Source: Paraspadella gotoi
Taxonomy: Eukaryota > Animalia > Chaetognatha
Length of the DNA stretch: 64,000 nt
Direction: 5' to 3'
Assembly: GCA_051294375.1 (NCBI GenBank)
Contig: CM119268.1
Coordinates: forward strand, 6,915,382 to 6,979,381
Every line of letters begins with the position of its first letter. The first letter of the stretch is position 1. A program made the translations under genes and the position numbers. Positions 13,269 to 25,327 of this stretch are shown here, in pieces. Below the pieces are notes generated by a model that was not told where the DNA came from, ran no database searches, and saw nothing but the letters and a program-made list of their open reading frames with translations.

Positions 13269-13663
13269 TCCGACGTAAATAAAAATTACGATGGGGAAAC
13301 ATTCGGAAACTCCTGGCAATTTCGCGGACGTTGTATTCGGCTCTCCTGGTGGTTGAACTTATAATAAAATAAACAAAAAAATAAACAAAAAAATAAAAAA
13401 GAATATCGATTTTTTTTCAAACTTTTTTAAAAAAAGATGGCGGATTTTAAAATGGAGGACGATAACCTCTAACGTCGACGGTGCCATTCTCCCCAGATTT
13501 GAAACGCCATCTCTTCCCTTGATATCCCATCGCTACCTCCATTGCGAGCGCAATCTAGTGACGACATCTTTGCCACTGCTCTCCCACACCTGTCATCGAA
13601 ACACTGATACTGTCATCGCCGCCCCTGCTGACTCCGGCAATATCACCACCGACACTGCCACTT

Positions 13664-13728
<65 letters not shown>
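13664..13728 (+). repeat. (GCC)n trinucleotide repeat, ~21 units
   Basis: Direct observation. Confidence 0.95.
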
Positions 13729-13729
<1 letters not shown>

Positions 13730-14062
13730 AATCTGTCGCGAGAATGAATCTATGGAAACTACTTCGAAGCGACGATGGAATCGTCACGCCGTCACGTGTC
13801 AGCGCCCCTTCGGCGCCAAATTGTAACAGACTCAAATTGTAACTACTGCTGATTTGTGATTATAATATGTGATCGTCCTCGTGGACGTCGGCGTCCACTT
13901 CGTCCGTCTCCTCGTCTTCTTCTTCTTCTTCTTCGGCGTCGTCGTCGTCGTCGCCGTCGTCGTGTTGCTTTCGTCAAAAGAGGCGGTGCAAGCGTCACCG
14001 CGGCAGGGGCGACCGGGTCAGCAGCAGGGTCAGCGTCATCTTACAAATTTGTGATCTTTAAG

Positions 14063-14410
14063 AAAACAAGATCGGTTCATCCAATGTATTGCGCCGCAGT
14101 GACTTTATTTTCACGTTTATTGATCACAATGATCATTGCCCGTGCATTTATGACATGCGTTGCTTCAAAATTCTATTTTTTATTATTTATAGTTTTAGGA
14201 ATTCCTAAAGCCGGCGCGAGCAGTCCTTTACTACATTTGAGGTTTTTTTCTGTCCTAACAAATGAGGAACCAACTATAAGCAAATTATATGCATTTTTAA
14301 CGTAAGTGGGACAGACCGACCGACAGACATACCGACCGACCGACCGACAGACCGTCCGAAAAGTGACTTATAGAGTTGCTCCGCGAGTACTCGCGGCGAT
14401 ACTAAAAAAA
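14063..14410 (-). mobile_element. HINE-like element, copy 2
   Basis: Aligns by eye to copy 1 (ttgcgccgcagtgact...gtaagtgggacagaccgac...aagtgacttatagagttgctccgcgagtactcgcggcg) and lacks most of the internal microsatellite expansion. Confidence 0.7.
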
Positions 14411-15429
14411 GGGCAACGGTTGAAAACTTGAAATAAGAGAAAAAGGAAAGGGAAAGGATTAAGATGTCGCATTCCACAATTCTTGATCGAATCCAATTTT
14501 TCACGAAGAAAAAATATTTTTATGAGATAATACAAAATTAGAAAAAAAAGAAGAGAAAATTAAGAGGGAGGACATGAAAAACAAGGAGAAGCTAGCCGGG
14601 ACGTGGAGAGGAAGGATGAAGGCAAACGTGAAGGGCCAAATGGACGACAGGCATCCGTCAAGCGTTCAAGGGTCGATGTCGACGGCTCTCGAGGGAATCT
14701 CTGAGCGGACGAGGCGGCCGGTCGAGAAGGCGGCCAGATGGCGCCGCATGAAAAATTAAACAGGCTCTTCTCTCTCTCTCTCTCTCTCACTCTCTCTCTC
14801 TCTCTCTCTCTCTCTTCTCAATCTCTCTTCTCTTCTCTTCTTGACTCTCAGTTTGCGCGAGTGAGTGTCTCTCTTCTCTTCTACTTTTTTCTGCGTTCTC
14901 GCTCTCATTATATTTATTGTCTTTTTACTTTGTTCTTTTACTTCTTTAGCTCTTTTTCTGAAAATATTCAAAAAATTCCTATGGATGTGTAAAGTATCAT
15001 CCGGCGGGAAAGCCTCTCTTTATATAGTCAGGTGGCGGAACAGAGGAACAACGAATAGGAAGTCCGCGGAAACAAAAAAAAAAAAAATTAACATGTGATG
15101 GGAAAGAGTAAATTAAGTAAATTAAAATTAAAATTAAGTTACCCGAACGAGTGCGGTCAAATTAGGATCGATCGAAAGAAAAAAGCCGCTAAGTTTCCCC
15201 GATATAGTCCTTCATTTCTAACTTAACTAAGATTTTTCCAAAAAGTGATCTGAACCTACCGGAGTTATAAACTCTACGTCCCCCCTTTTTAATCTTCTCT
15301 TTCTTTCACTTTCCCCCCTCCCTTCTTTCCTCCTCCTTTCTCACCTTACGCATCTTCTTGAACGGCGTCCAGAAAAAACAACGGTAAAAAATGATTGCAG
15401 TCCGCCCAGAGACAATTAGGAAGGAGGCC

Positions 15430-18400
15430 TCAGCTCAGCTGCAGGAGGAGGCAGGAGGCGGAGACGCCGCGCGTTGGTTTCTTGATCGGCGTTTGTCGAT
15501 CCGTTGGCGCTGGTTGCCTCGTTCTGGCTCCTGGTGGTCGACCTGGTCTTCTCTCTTGAGCAACCCTGGGTCGTCGATCTCCTGCTCGTCGTCGCTGATC
15601 CAAGCGCGGGTTTGACTCGTTGCCACGTTACCGTCTCCCTGCCGATACTCGCGTAATCGTCAACAGTTAGATTCAAACCATTTACTGTGAACCAACACGG
15701 AATGGGCCTTTTCGTACGGAGCATGAGCGGGGGTTTGAACGACCTTGCTCTTTGAAATGAACACATACTAGCCTGAGTTTAGATCGGCCTGGGGAGTATG
15801 AGATCGCGGGTTTTCGGTGGGCTGATGTTTCTGGGATTTGTAGCCGGGGCTACCTCGATTTCGAAGTTTTGAGAGGCTAGTTTTCTTCGCTGTTGATTCG
15901 TGATAGTGTCGTTGCGCTTGCAGTCCGCCAGAGAGTTCCTGGACGCCAATGCCCTCGCCGAAGCACCAAACCTCTGCCCGCTGAAGCTCTACATCCTCTT
16001 TCACAGTTGTTCGAATTGCAAGGTAAGCGGTCAAAGGCAGCTGCCAAAACCATTTTTCTCTTTCTTCTTTCGCCAGCGCTATTAGAGATTTCTTTTAAGA
16101 CCGCGGTTGAAATCTTCTCCACCAGCCCATTCGCCTGCCGGGTTGGTACGATGTCGTTGTTTGGTCTTAATTGCCCCAAACTTTTCGTTAACTGTTTTCC
16201 ACAGGTCGGATGGTGAATTGGCTACAACGAATCCGTTGTTTTACCGCTGGAGTCCGAAAAACGCTAATCCAGTTCAAGCTTTAAAGCATCCAGAATTGGT
16301 CGGAGTCGTGGTATTCGTGGATTGGGATGGCCGTTGAGCCATCGAGAAATTCTTATCCACCAATTGTCAACAGGTGTGAATACCCGTTATGATCTCGGCA
16401 TACTAAGTCCAAGTTTTATGTGCTGGCGAAGCGCTTAGCCGGGGACTTTAAATTCTGCACAATTTCAGGGATGACATGACGAGTTGACTTTTGCCTTTTG
16501 GGAACATTTTCGGATGCAGTCGCGGGCCCACATTTTGATTACATCCTTGTCGCATGCTTGTCCAAACAATTTGAGGCCATTAGCTTTGCGCGTTGCCTCC
16601 ACTCCCGGATGGCCTAAAGCCATGGATGAGTGTCGAATACCTCGGCGCCGACCATGCTGCTGGCACAAATGGCGTGCCGGGCCGTTCGAAACGTCGGCCA
16701 AAAGGTTCATGTTCGCCTACGCTGGATTTTTCGAAAGTTTAATCCCGATCTCGCGTCATCTTGCAAGATTTTTGGAAAATCGCTCGACGTGATTGATACG
16801 ATTGCCATTTGTTCGAAGTCAATATCATAACTTGTAAGAGACGAAATGACGGCGTTTGCATCTTCCTAAACGGGCTGGGATTTTGATGCCTATTCCTGTT
16901 TTTCGCGTCTTGCTTTTCCTCGCTCGCGCGTAGATGCCTTTGCAATGCTCGATGGCTGGGCTGCGATTCTTCTTTCCCTGGCGTCGAAATCGAGTTCGCG
17001 GATCGAGGTAGGTGTCTTCTTGGCATGGTTTTTGATGGCTGTTCTTCCAGTCTGCTCGTTTTTGCGTCGCTAGGTGATGCTTTGGAGTATTGTTTTGGCC
17101 GGGACAAGGCATCTGCCTTACCACAATTGCCTTTCCCTTACAAATATCGAATGTCCGTGGTAAATTCTGGCTATAACTGATAGCTGATAGACTGTCGAAT
17201 GTTTTGTGGCTCTGATTTTTTCTTGCATGGCCCAGTAACGAAGGCTCTGGTGATCGGTCATAAAGCGTAAATGCCCGGCCTTCCACCCAGTGGCGAAATG
17301 CCGGACTGCGCGAAAGGCTCCGCCTATAATTCCTATCGAAGGCGGCCACAGCTTTCGTTTTTGGCACTAGTTTCGCGGAGAATAACGCCAGGGTTCCCAA
17401 CCCTTGGTCCTCTTTGTTCGAGCACTGCTTCTACAGCTGATCGGAGCGTCTCGTCGTTATACAGAGCCTGAGCTCCGGTCTCGGGGTGATAAAGTAAGCG
17501 CCGCGGAGATTAATTACCCTCTTTGATGGCGTTGAAAGCTTCCTTTCACAGTTACCATCGTCCACGGTAGCGACTTGGCGCTTACCGCTTCAGGGCTTCG
17601 TACAGTGGCGAGCACGAGAGCGAGACCTTGCGCGAATAAATTATCTTTTCGATAGTAGTGATCATTCCAAGAATCGCGAAGTTCTTTGATCGATGTTGGG
17701 GCACGCGGGGTCTCCTTTCAGCGGTTCGAACTCGCCTCTTGGTAACGGCCTCACTCCGTTTTTGTTCGTACCAAAAAGGCCCAAGAACCTCCAGCGAGTC
17801 TTGGCCCGGAGCAGGACATTTCTTGGGTTTACCACCAAACCGTTTCTCGTCTAACGCTTTGAAAACGCCGTTGTAGATCTCCATATTGTTCTTGTGGTGA
17901 TGATGACGCGACAAGAATGTTTTCGTCTAAGTTAGGACGAATGTATGGGGTATGGTCTCCCAAGATTCTGGCTCCATAAGGCGCTGAAAATCTTGGCCAG
18001 CTTCTTGAGTCCAAATGGACATCGCAGGGAAGACATAGAATGCCAAATGGTGTTATTACCGCGGTTTTTTTTTTATTATCATCCGGGTTCACTGGGATTA
18101 TGATACCCTTGAGTAAGTCTATCTTGGAGAAAATTGTTTTCCCCTTCAAAGCTGTGAGTTGAAGTCGGATAATAATTTGGACCGGGTATCTGCTCGTCAA
18201 TCGTTTTGCGCATTTGAGGCCGGCGGTTTAATCAACCGCAACACCTCCATCCTCCATCCGGCTTTGGCGACACGTGGAAGGGGCGGACGACCATTCAGAT
18301 TTGCCTCTCTGGGCGACTCTAGAGACTACCATTTTCTCTAGTTCTCTCTTTGCTACGCGCTAAGCTTTTCGGGCGTCTAAGCGCGCGCTCTTGACTTGAC

Positions 18401-18900
18401 ACGGGCGTGCCCTTCCGTGGGATTGAATGCAGTAACCCCGTGTCTTGGTTCCATTTGACCTCGAAAGTTGGCGTTGAGAGAGATGGGAATGAGTCGAGTA
18501 GCTTGTAATATGGCTTTCTCCCTTTAGCGATCTACAAAGCTAACGTGAGTAGTTGTCTCGTTCGAAGTTAGACGCTGCTATTGTGGGAGAGATCCGCGGA
18601 GGTCGAGTAGAAGGGCCGTCACGCGTGATTTGGGGTGCGAGGTAATTCTCAACTAGAAAGGTCCGCTCCAAGGATTAAATTGTTTTTACATCGCTACCAG
18701 AATGTTATAGTCTAACTTTGATTGCCCAATTGGGACCGTTCTATCGATGTGCCTTTAACAATCTATTGCAGACCCATTCTGCTTGAAGTTTCATCATGGT
18801 GTCTGGCCCTTACTGCGTTGTTGTCTGCGGTCGGAGAATGATTGAGAGTAAGGCACCTCCATCTACCAGCCACTAACTCCATTTCCCGGCGTCGCGAATA
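15430..18900 (-). pseudogene. pol: pol polyprotein (protease, RT, RNase H, integrase), broken by many indels
   Basis: Conserved pol motifs are spread over several short ORFs in different frames (17829-18200, 16825-17400, 16465-16710, 15416-15766). The breaks may be read errors rather than true decay. Confidence 0.85.
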
Positions 18901-18999
18901 TAAAATTAGGTCGTTCGAGGCCGGTGAACGGGGTTGAATCATGGAGACGGCGGCGTTTCACTTGCGCCGCCCCCCGTTGAAGTTTCCCTCTTTTTTCTT

Positions 19000-20230
19000 T
19001 CATTTGAGTCCTTCTTCGAACGTGCAAACATCCCTGATCACACGACCATGTCGGTCGTCGCCCGAAACGAATATGTTTCGCGCAGAGATTTCGTAATGTT
19101 CGGCCTTTGGTTTTCGCTTTTGCGTAGCTGTCGTTTTTTGGCGGCGTTTGCTGCCGCGTTTTTCCGATTACGACGATTCGACGGCGTTGATCGTTTCTTC
19201 TTTTTCTAGACTCGGATTTCTCTAATTCTCCTGCTGTTCTGATTGACGTGGCTTAATGAGAGATGGTCGTTTGCGGAGTTTTTAAACTAAAACCGTCGCT
19301 CTCAAAGTGTACTAGTCGACAGGAGTTTGAACAGAGTTTCTTTCGCCGTCATCTCGTCGGCCCTTCTCTTCCAAATTGGCCGCGCGGATGTCGTTTGGCA
19401 GTCTCGGAGTACTTTTTCATTTTTCCTGATACATCGAGAGAGAGAGTCCTTGTATTTCTTTCGAGTTGAGCTTAATTTCCTTTGATGGTTTGAGTCCCTC
19501 GAAGTCGAAATGCATGAGGATTCACCGCGGCCTGTTGTCGCTTGGGTCAAAAACCATACTCTCGCCTGAGGATAGGCGATTTAAACTCGGTCCACGATTC
19601 CTCAGTAGGGCTTCGCCGAATAGATAAGTGTTATGTTGGCGTCCACGTTGATCCAATTTGGATTCTAAATTGCGCGAATCTTCAGTTCGCGGCGGTCGTA
19701 ATGCCGGCGCGATGTAAGCGGCCTTCAATCCGCTTGATCCATACTTCAATATGGCTCGTATCGAAGTCGGTAGCCTCAGGCTTTACGATTCGATGCCCGT
19801 TCGAGTGCGCGAGTCGCCGCGGCGACGCGGCGCTGAAGTTCTGTGTTCTCGTCGCCGGAGATCGCGAATCGGCGCCGCCGCTTGGTGCCATGACGCGCGT
19901 CCTCGCAAGTTTTTCGCGATCGCCCGGTGGGAATTCGAATTAGTAGTTCCGCGCCCGGCAATTTGATTGGAGAAGTTGAACGCCCGCGCCGATCCAAAAG
20001 GTAGTTTGCAGTCTAGACGGCATCGTCTGCCTAGCTGTGCCTCGGGCCGTCGCGCTTGAGAGGAACGAGTCGAGATTCGAATGTCTTGCCCGTTCTCGAT
20101 GACGTCGCCGTCTTCACGGCGGGTATGTCGCAGTCGAATATAAGGGGGCTTTTTAGGCGAATGAAGAAAAGAAGCGTGAGCAGATTGCAGGGCGCTGCTT
20201 AGCTCAATTTCAATTCTCCCTCCCAATCTC
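19000..20230 (-). pseudogene. gag: gag of the gypsy element with CHCC zinc knuckle, frameshifted
   Basis: C-x2-H-x-RFG-x5-C-x3-C motif at ~19030-19090, upstream of the protease; Gag-like fragments in ORFs 19682-19891 and 19302-19550. The 5' boundary is approximate. Confidence 0.7.
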
Positions 20231-21880
20231 AACCTCAGAAAAGCTTGTTGTCGCTTTCCCCTTTCTTCGAAGCTCCGTCGCGTCGCGTCTTGTTCGTCGA
20301 ATGCTCACCATCGTGTGGCCAGGTTGACTGAGTCTAGCCACAGCGTAGCACGAAGGGACTGGCAACATCTGAACGTCAGATTTCCTAAGACGTTGATGAG
20401 GATCATTACTTATGATCAGTAGCAGCGTTGCAGCGCAAGGTTTGGAGCGATTGTTAGAATTAATCTTTTAATTGATTATTTATCTATCGATTACTTTCAC
20501 AGATTAAAAAAGTCGATTTATTCGAGACTTGTTTTCATCGATGTTGAATTGATTTATTTCCATCACTTCATTTAGTTTAATTCATCTTTCTTATAATGTA
20601 CTTATTACATTAGATGATTAAATAAAAACAAGGTTTTGTTGAGTTGAGAAAAGTATTATTTTCATTCAAGATGATTCGATTTTTAATATATCGAACATTA
20701 ACAATTTAAGATCTTTGATTTTTATCTTGAGCTGAGTATCAAGACTGAAAATTATTCAGTTAAAGATTCAAAAAGTAAACAAAATCTGCTAACAAATATA
20801 AAAGGTTTTAACAGAGAGCCCTCTGCTTGAAAACAGATTAATTCTTAAGCTAAAACAAAAAAGATTCGAATCTGTTTTAAAGTTATAAATAGGGAGAATT
20901 CGAATTTGATTTTTCAGTTGTCTGGGTAGCCTCTGGCTGTAATTTCCACGCACAGACGAGCGCTCAGCCTCAGCTCAGCTCGCCTTGTCCCCCCCCCAAC
21001 TCCCCCTTCTCTCTTCCCTGATCGACGATGTCGCTTGGTCATTTAAAGGTTGTCGTTAAANNNNNNNNNNNNNNNNNNNNNNNNNCTCTCTCTCTCTCTC
21101 TCTCTTTCCACTTATCTCTCTTTTAAAGTCATAATTTATTTTTTTTTCATTCGCCATTCCTTTCTCTTATCCTTTTTCGACCTCTTTCCTTTTTCCTTCA
21201 TTTTCTCTCTCTTTCCTCCCTTTTCCTCTTTCCCCTTCCTCCCTCTCTCTCCCCCTTTAGCCTCGACACAAATGGCCGGTTCTTCCTCTTACGCCGCGGG
21301 GACTAAGTAGCCATCTGTTTTCTTCTTTTTTTTTTCCTGAATCTTGTTGTTGTTGTTGTTGTTGTTTCAGAGTCTGAAATCTCAGCAAACTGATGCTGCG
21401 GCCGAGAAAAAGGCGGCAAGAAATGTCGTTGTTAAATTCCTTCAATGCCTTGATTGCCCCAAGTTATATCATTCACAACCTCTTTCCTTTATTTTTAATA
21501 ATATAAGTTAGAAATGTTCGTTTGCATTGTCACTTAATTATTAATTCAAAACTTTTTAAAAAAACTATGTAGTCGTTGGAAAAAAGTAAGAAGTTTGCAA
21601 ATCTATAAAATTTGATTTTCTGAATTCGCGATCGAAATTGTCGACTGGATTCAAAAGAGAATCTATTTTTAAATTAGGTAAATTATATTCTATATAAGTA
21701 CGAATCAATAAAAAAACCAAATAGTTAAAAGTACATTTTAATCAATAAAGTATTATCGCATTGCAAGAATAAAACTCCGTAATTGAAAGCAGCAGATGAC
21801 GGAGATTCTCTCGGCAAAAAGTTGGGGGATGATTGTCGCCCAAGGGCAACCGACGTCGTCTCGTTTGTCCATTTTAGAGA

Positions 21881-21947
<67 letters not shown>

Positions 21948-23189
21948 GCCGAGACCGACCGACCGACCTTGCAACCTAATACGTATCTGTTTAAATCCTT
22001 TTCTAAATCTGAATTTATTGCACTCATAAAATATTTTTCTATAGGTATCTCGTAATTTTTATTTTAAACGACATATTTATGAATATTGACAGTATAGAAC
22101 GTATTACAAATTACGTTATAATTTATTTATAATTAAGTTATACTAAAGTAAAACGAATGCTTTCTTTTAAAAGAAAGAATTGCTTAGAAAATAAAAAGCC
22201 TTTGATTATAAATAAGTCGTCAACGGAAGGTTTAAAATTTAACGATTCAAAACTTCGCTATATACCTAAGGGCAGTAATAACTATGAAATTGGTACAACC
22301 AATATAATGTAATATAATGTAATATATGTAATAAGAGACGTCCTAAAAATCTAGAATTGACTAAAAAAAAACAAAATGACAATCACGATCCAGGGAAAAT
22401 GAAAGGCTTTAGATCACAAATCCACAACTGACGCCGCCATAGACGGCGCCACCACCAAAAATCCGTGCCGCCGCCGCCGCCTCGCCGCCGTCGCCGACGC
22501 CGCCGCCACCCACGGCGCCACAGTCCACGTCGTTGCCTCCGCGACGTCATTTAGGCGTCGACGCCCATCTAAAAATCCGACGCCTAATTTCGGGCGCGCT
22601 CTGCCGGTCGTTTCCGGTTTATAANNNNNNNNNNNNNNNNNNNNNNNNNTAACGTCACCGGCCGGTCCCGCTTAACCTTGACAAATTCCCAACGCGACCC
22701 TTCCAAACCATAAAAAATTTAGCCGCTTGAGGGGTTTTTCTTGGGAGGGGTTCTTCCTCCATCCTCTCTCTCCTCTCTCTCCTCCATCTCTCTTCCTTCT
22801 CTGGCTCTTTTCATACATTCTGAAACACCGAAAAATGTTTTGCCTGGGTAACGAAGCAGAAAAAGTTCGCCTCGGATCCTTCATTAAATGAATGTGAAAG
22901 AGAGGAAAAAGAGGAGAAAGGAAATAAGAAAGCGGTAAGGAGAAGAATAGAGAGAAAAGGAAGTGGAGACTAGAGACCGAGTGTCGGTGGACGAGAGAAT
23001 GAGGGATGAGACGAGTGACGAGAGCGGAGAGTGACGAGAAGAGAAAGATGATGAGTTTGAGAGGAGAGCCAACAGGAAGGAAGGGGATAATGATTGGAGC
23101 GAAGTTCTTCCAAAAGCCGACATGGCAATTGTTAGTCTTCAAGTAGAGACTAACCGAGTGTCGACTCGGCATTCTAATATCAACTTTTG

Positions 23190-23459
23190 CTTCGTCAACT
23201 TTTCACTTCGTCCTCCATCGTCTCGTCTCTCTCTCTCGTTCTGTAATCTTTATTTTTTTTGGTATAAATAAAATGGAATGAATATAGAATCTTTTTTCTG
23301 TATCATTCTCTCTCTCTCGTCGCTTCTTTTATTTGATCATACTTGAAATCTACTTACAGTATTTATACTATTATCATTTATTATGACGTTACGGTAGGGT
23401 AATAATAAAATCGATGACCTGGTGCCTTGTCGTTATTCTCTCTCCTGGCTCTCTCTCTC

Positions 23460-23498
<39 letters not shown>

Positions 23499-23953
23499 TC
23501 TCTCTTTCTCTCTCTCTCTCTCATTTTGTCATTTTTGACTGGCGGACCCGACAGTCATCGCGCTTCGGCGTTGCTGGCCACGCCGCCAGGCGGCCGCCAG
23601 ACGCTCGGCCGCCAATGCGAACGAGAACGTTTTTCAATAACGACGGGAATTATGTTGAATAAAAAAGAGAAGGACGAAACAAAGAGAGAAAGAATTGCAT
23701 TCGATTCAGATAGTACGTAACTGTTTTTGTTTTCCTCCGGTTTTTATATTTTCTTTCATGTTCCTTTTTTTAAAAGATTCCTTAATTTGGTTTATTTGAA
23801 TTTTTATCGAAAATCGAAGATCCTAAAGGGCAGAGAGAGAGAGAGAGAGGACGATGATGATGAAGAGTGACGAGACGAGAGAGAGAGAGAGAGGAGAGGG
23901 AGATAGAGAGGAGATAGGAGAGGAGAAAGACAGAGAGAGAGAGACACAGAGAG

Positions 23954-23988
<35 letters not shown>

Positions 23989-24710
23989 GAGAGAGAGAGA
24001 GGAGAGAGAGAGAGAGGGAGAGAGAGAGGAGAGAGAGAGACGAGAGAGAGAGAGAGAGAGAGGCCGGTGAGTGAAATGAGTGGAAGGCGACAAAAATTCG
24101 TTGATCGGAATTGTCTTTTAGGAAACTTGGATCTCGTGATGTGCACGTTAATGAGAAACCAAGTCGCTGTCTGCTGAACTTCGACCTTTTTCTCTTCTTT
24201 GTATCGAAGATAAAGAAAATCTACTCGGCGATCTGTGTTGTGTTTTTTTACAAGGACAAAGATTCAGGGATAAAATGAAAAGCTGAGGTCTTAAAAACCG
24301 AATTATCGGTTACGAACACCTTACTTGGACACTGACTGCTAATCGTGGGAGGTTAGCTCGTGAGTTGGTGAGCGTGTAGCAGTTTCAAGTGAATATTAAA
24401 AAGCTGTTAAACGGATTAAGGGATGAATGCAGAGCGAACTTTGCCGAAGTTGATTGGCAGAGAAAAAAAATGGGAAGGAAAGAAATAGAAGAACAAAAGT
24501 AAGGAGTAAAGAAATACGGAAAAGTAAGGATTGAAATAAAAAGATAAAAGAAATAATTATGTAGCGATTAGACAAAGAAAAAAAATAATGGAATAGTTAT
24601 AGACAAACGAAGAGAAAGTAGAAATGGGGAAGAAAAATAATTAAAAATGGAAAAGAAATAAGAGATTTCTTTGCTTTGATGACTATCTATTGTACTTGAG
24701 AATATCGTTA
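23190..24710 (+). repeat. Duplicate of 24715-25327 + 27057-27945, lacking the 1.7 kb insertion
   Basis: 23190-23826 matches 24715-25327, and 23827-24710 matches 27060-27945 (e.g. tttaggaaacttggatctcgtgatgtgc, aaagctgaggtcttaaaaccgaattatcgg). Confidence 0.85.
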
Positions 24711-25327
24711 ATTGCTTCGTCAACTTTCACTCTCCATCGCTCTCTCTCTCTTTCTTACATTCTCATTTTTTTGGTAATAATGAATTGAATATAAATCTTT
24801 TTTTCTTATCATTCTCNNNNNNNNNNNNNNNNNNNNNNNNNNNNNNNNNNNNNNNNNNNNNNNNNNNNNNNNNNNNNNNNNNNNNNNNNNNNNNNNNNNN
24901 NNNNNNNNNNNNNNNNNNNNNNNNNNNNNNNNNNNNNNNNNNNNNNNNNNNNNNNNNNNNNNNNNNNNNNNNNNNNNNNNNNNNNNNNNNNNNNNNNNNN
25001 NNNNNNNNNNNNNNNNNNNNNNNNNNNNNNNNNNNNNNNNNNNNNNNNNNNNNNNNNNNNNNNNNNNNNNNNNNNNNNNNNTTGCGGCCGCCGCCAGCGC
25101 TGCCAGCGCCGCCAGCGCCGCCCCCAGCGACGACACGTTTTCCAATAACGACGGAATTATGTTATAAAAAAGAAGACGAAAAAGAAAGAATGCCATTCGA
25201 TGTCAGATAGTAGTAACTTTTTTGTGTTCCCTCCGTTTCTCCCATTTTTATATTTTCTTCATGTTCCTTTTAAAAATTCTTATTTGGTTTTTTGAATTTT
25301 TTTATCGAAAATCCGAAGATCCAAAGG

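Larger units (their letters stand above)
15400..20310 (-). mobile_element. Ty3/gypsy LTR retrotransposon internal region (gag-PR-RT-RNaseH-IN), CsRN1-like, frameshifted
   Basis: Motifs in gypsy order on the minus strand: Gag N-term (..DTSHIEVWIKRIEGRLHRAGITT, ~19700-19790); CHCC knuckle LCAKHIRFG..TWSCDQGC (~19030-19090); protease WLVDGGALLSII (~18840-18875) and ILGAD (~18660-18675); RT LKGKTIFSKIDLLKG..IPVNPDD..KTAVITPFG and (Y)LD(D)ILVASS (17900-18150); RNaseH LALFSAKL..AFDR..FRHWVEGRAFTLY (17250-17400); integrase GHPGVEATRK..IKMWARDC..KAKV (16480-16620); GPY/F-like end KPPL..TVTWQRVKPA (15600-15750). Confidence 0.93.

Noticed and set aside
13519-13842. Poly-Ala ORFs on both strands
   Set aside because: They are driven by the (GCC)n repeat, with no splice or homology support.
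15100-15290. 3' LTR matching 20313-20500
   Set aside because: I could see no sequence similarity between the two flanks, so LTRs were not annotated.
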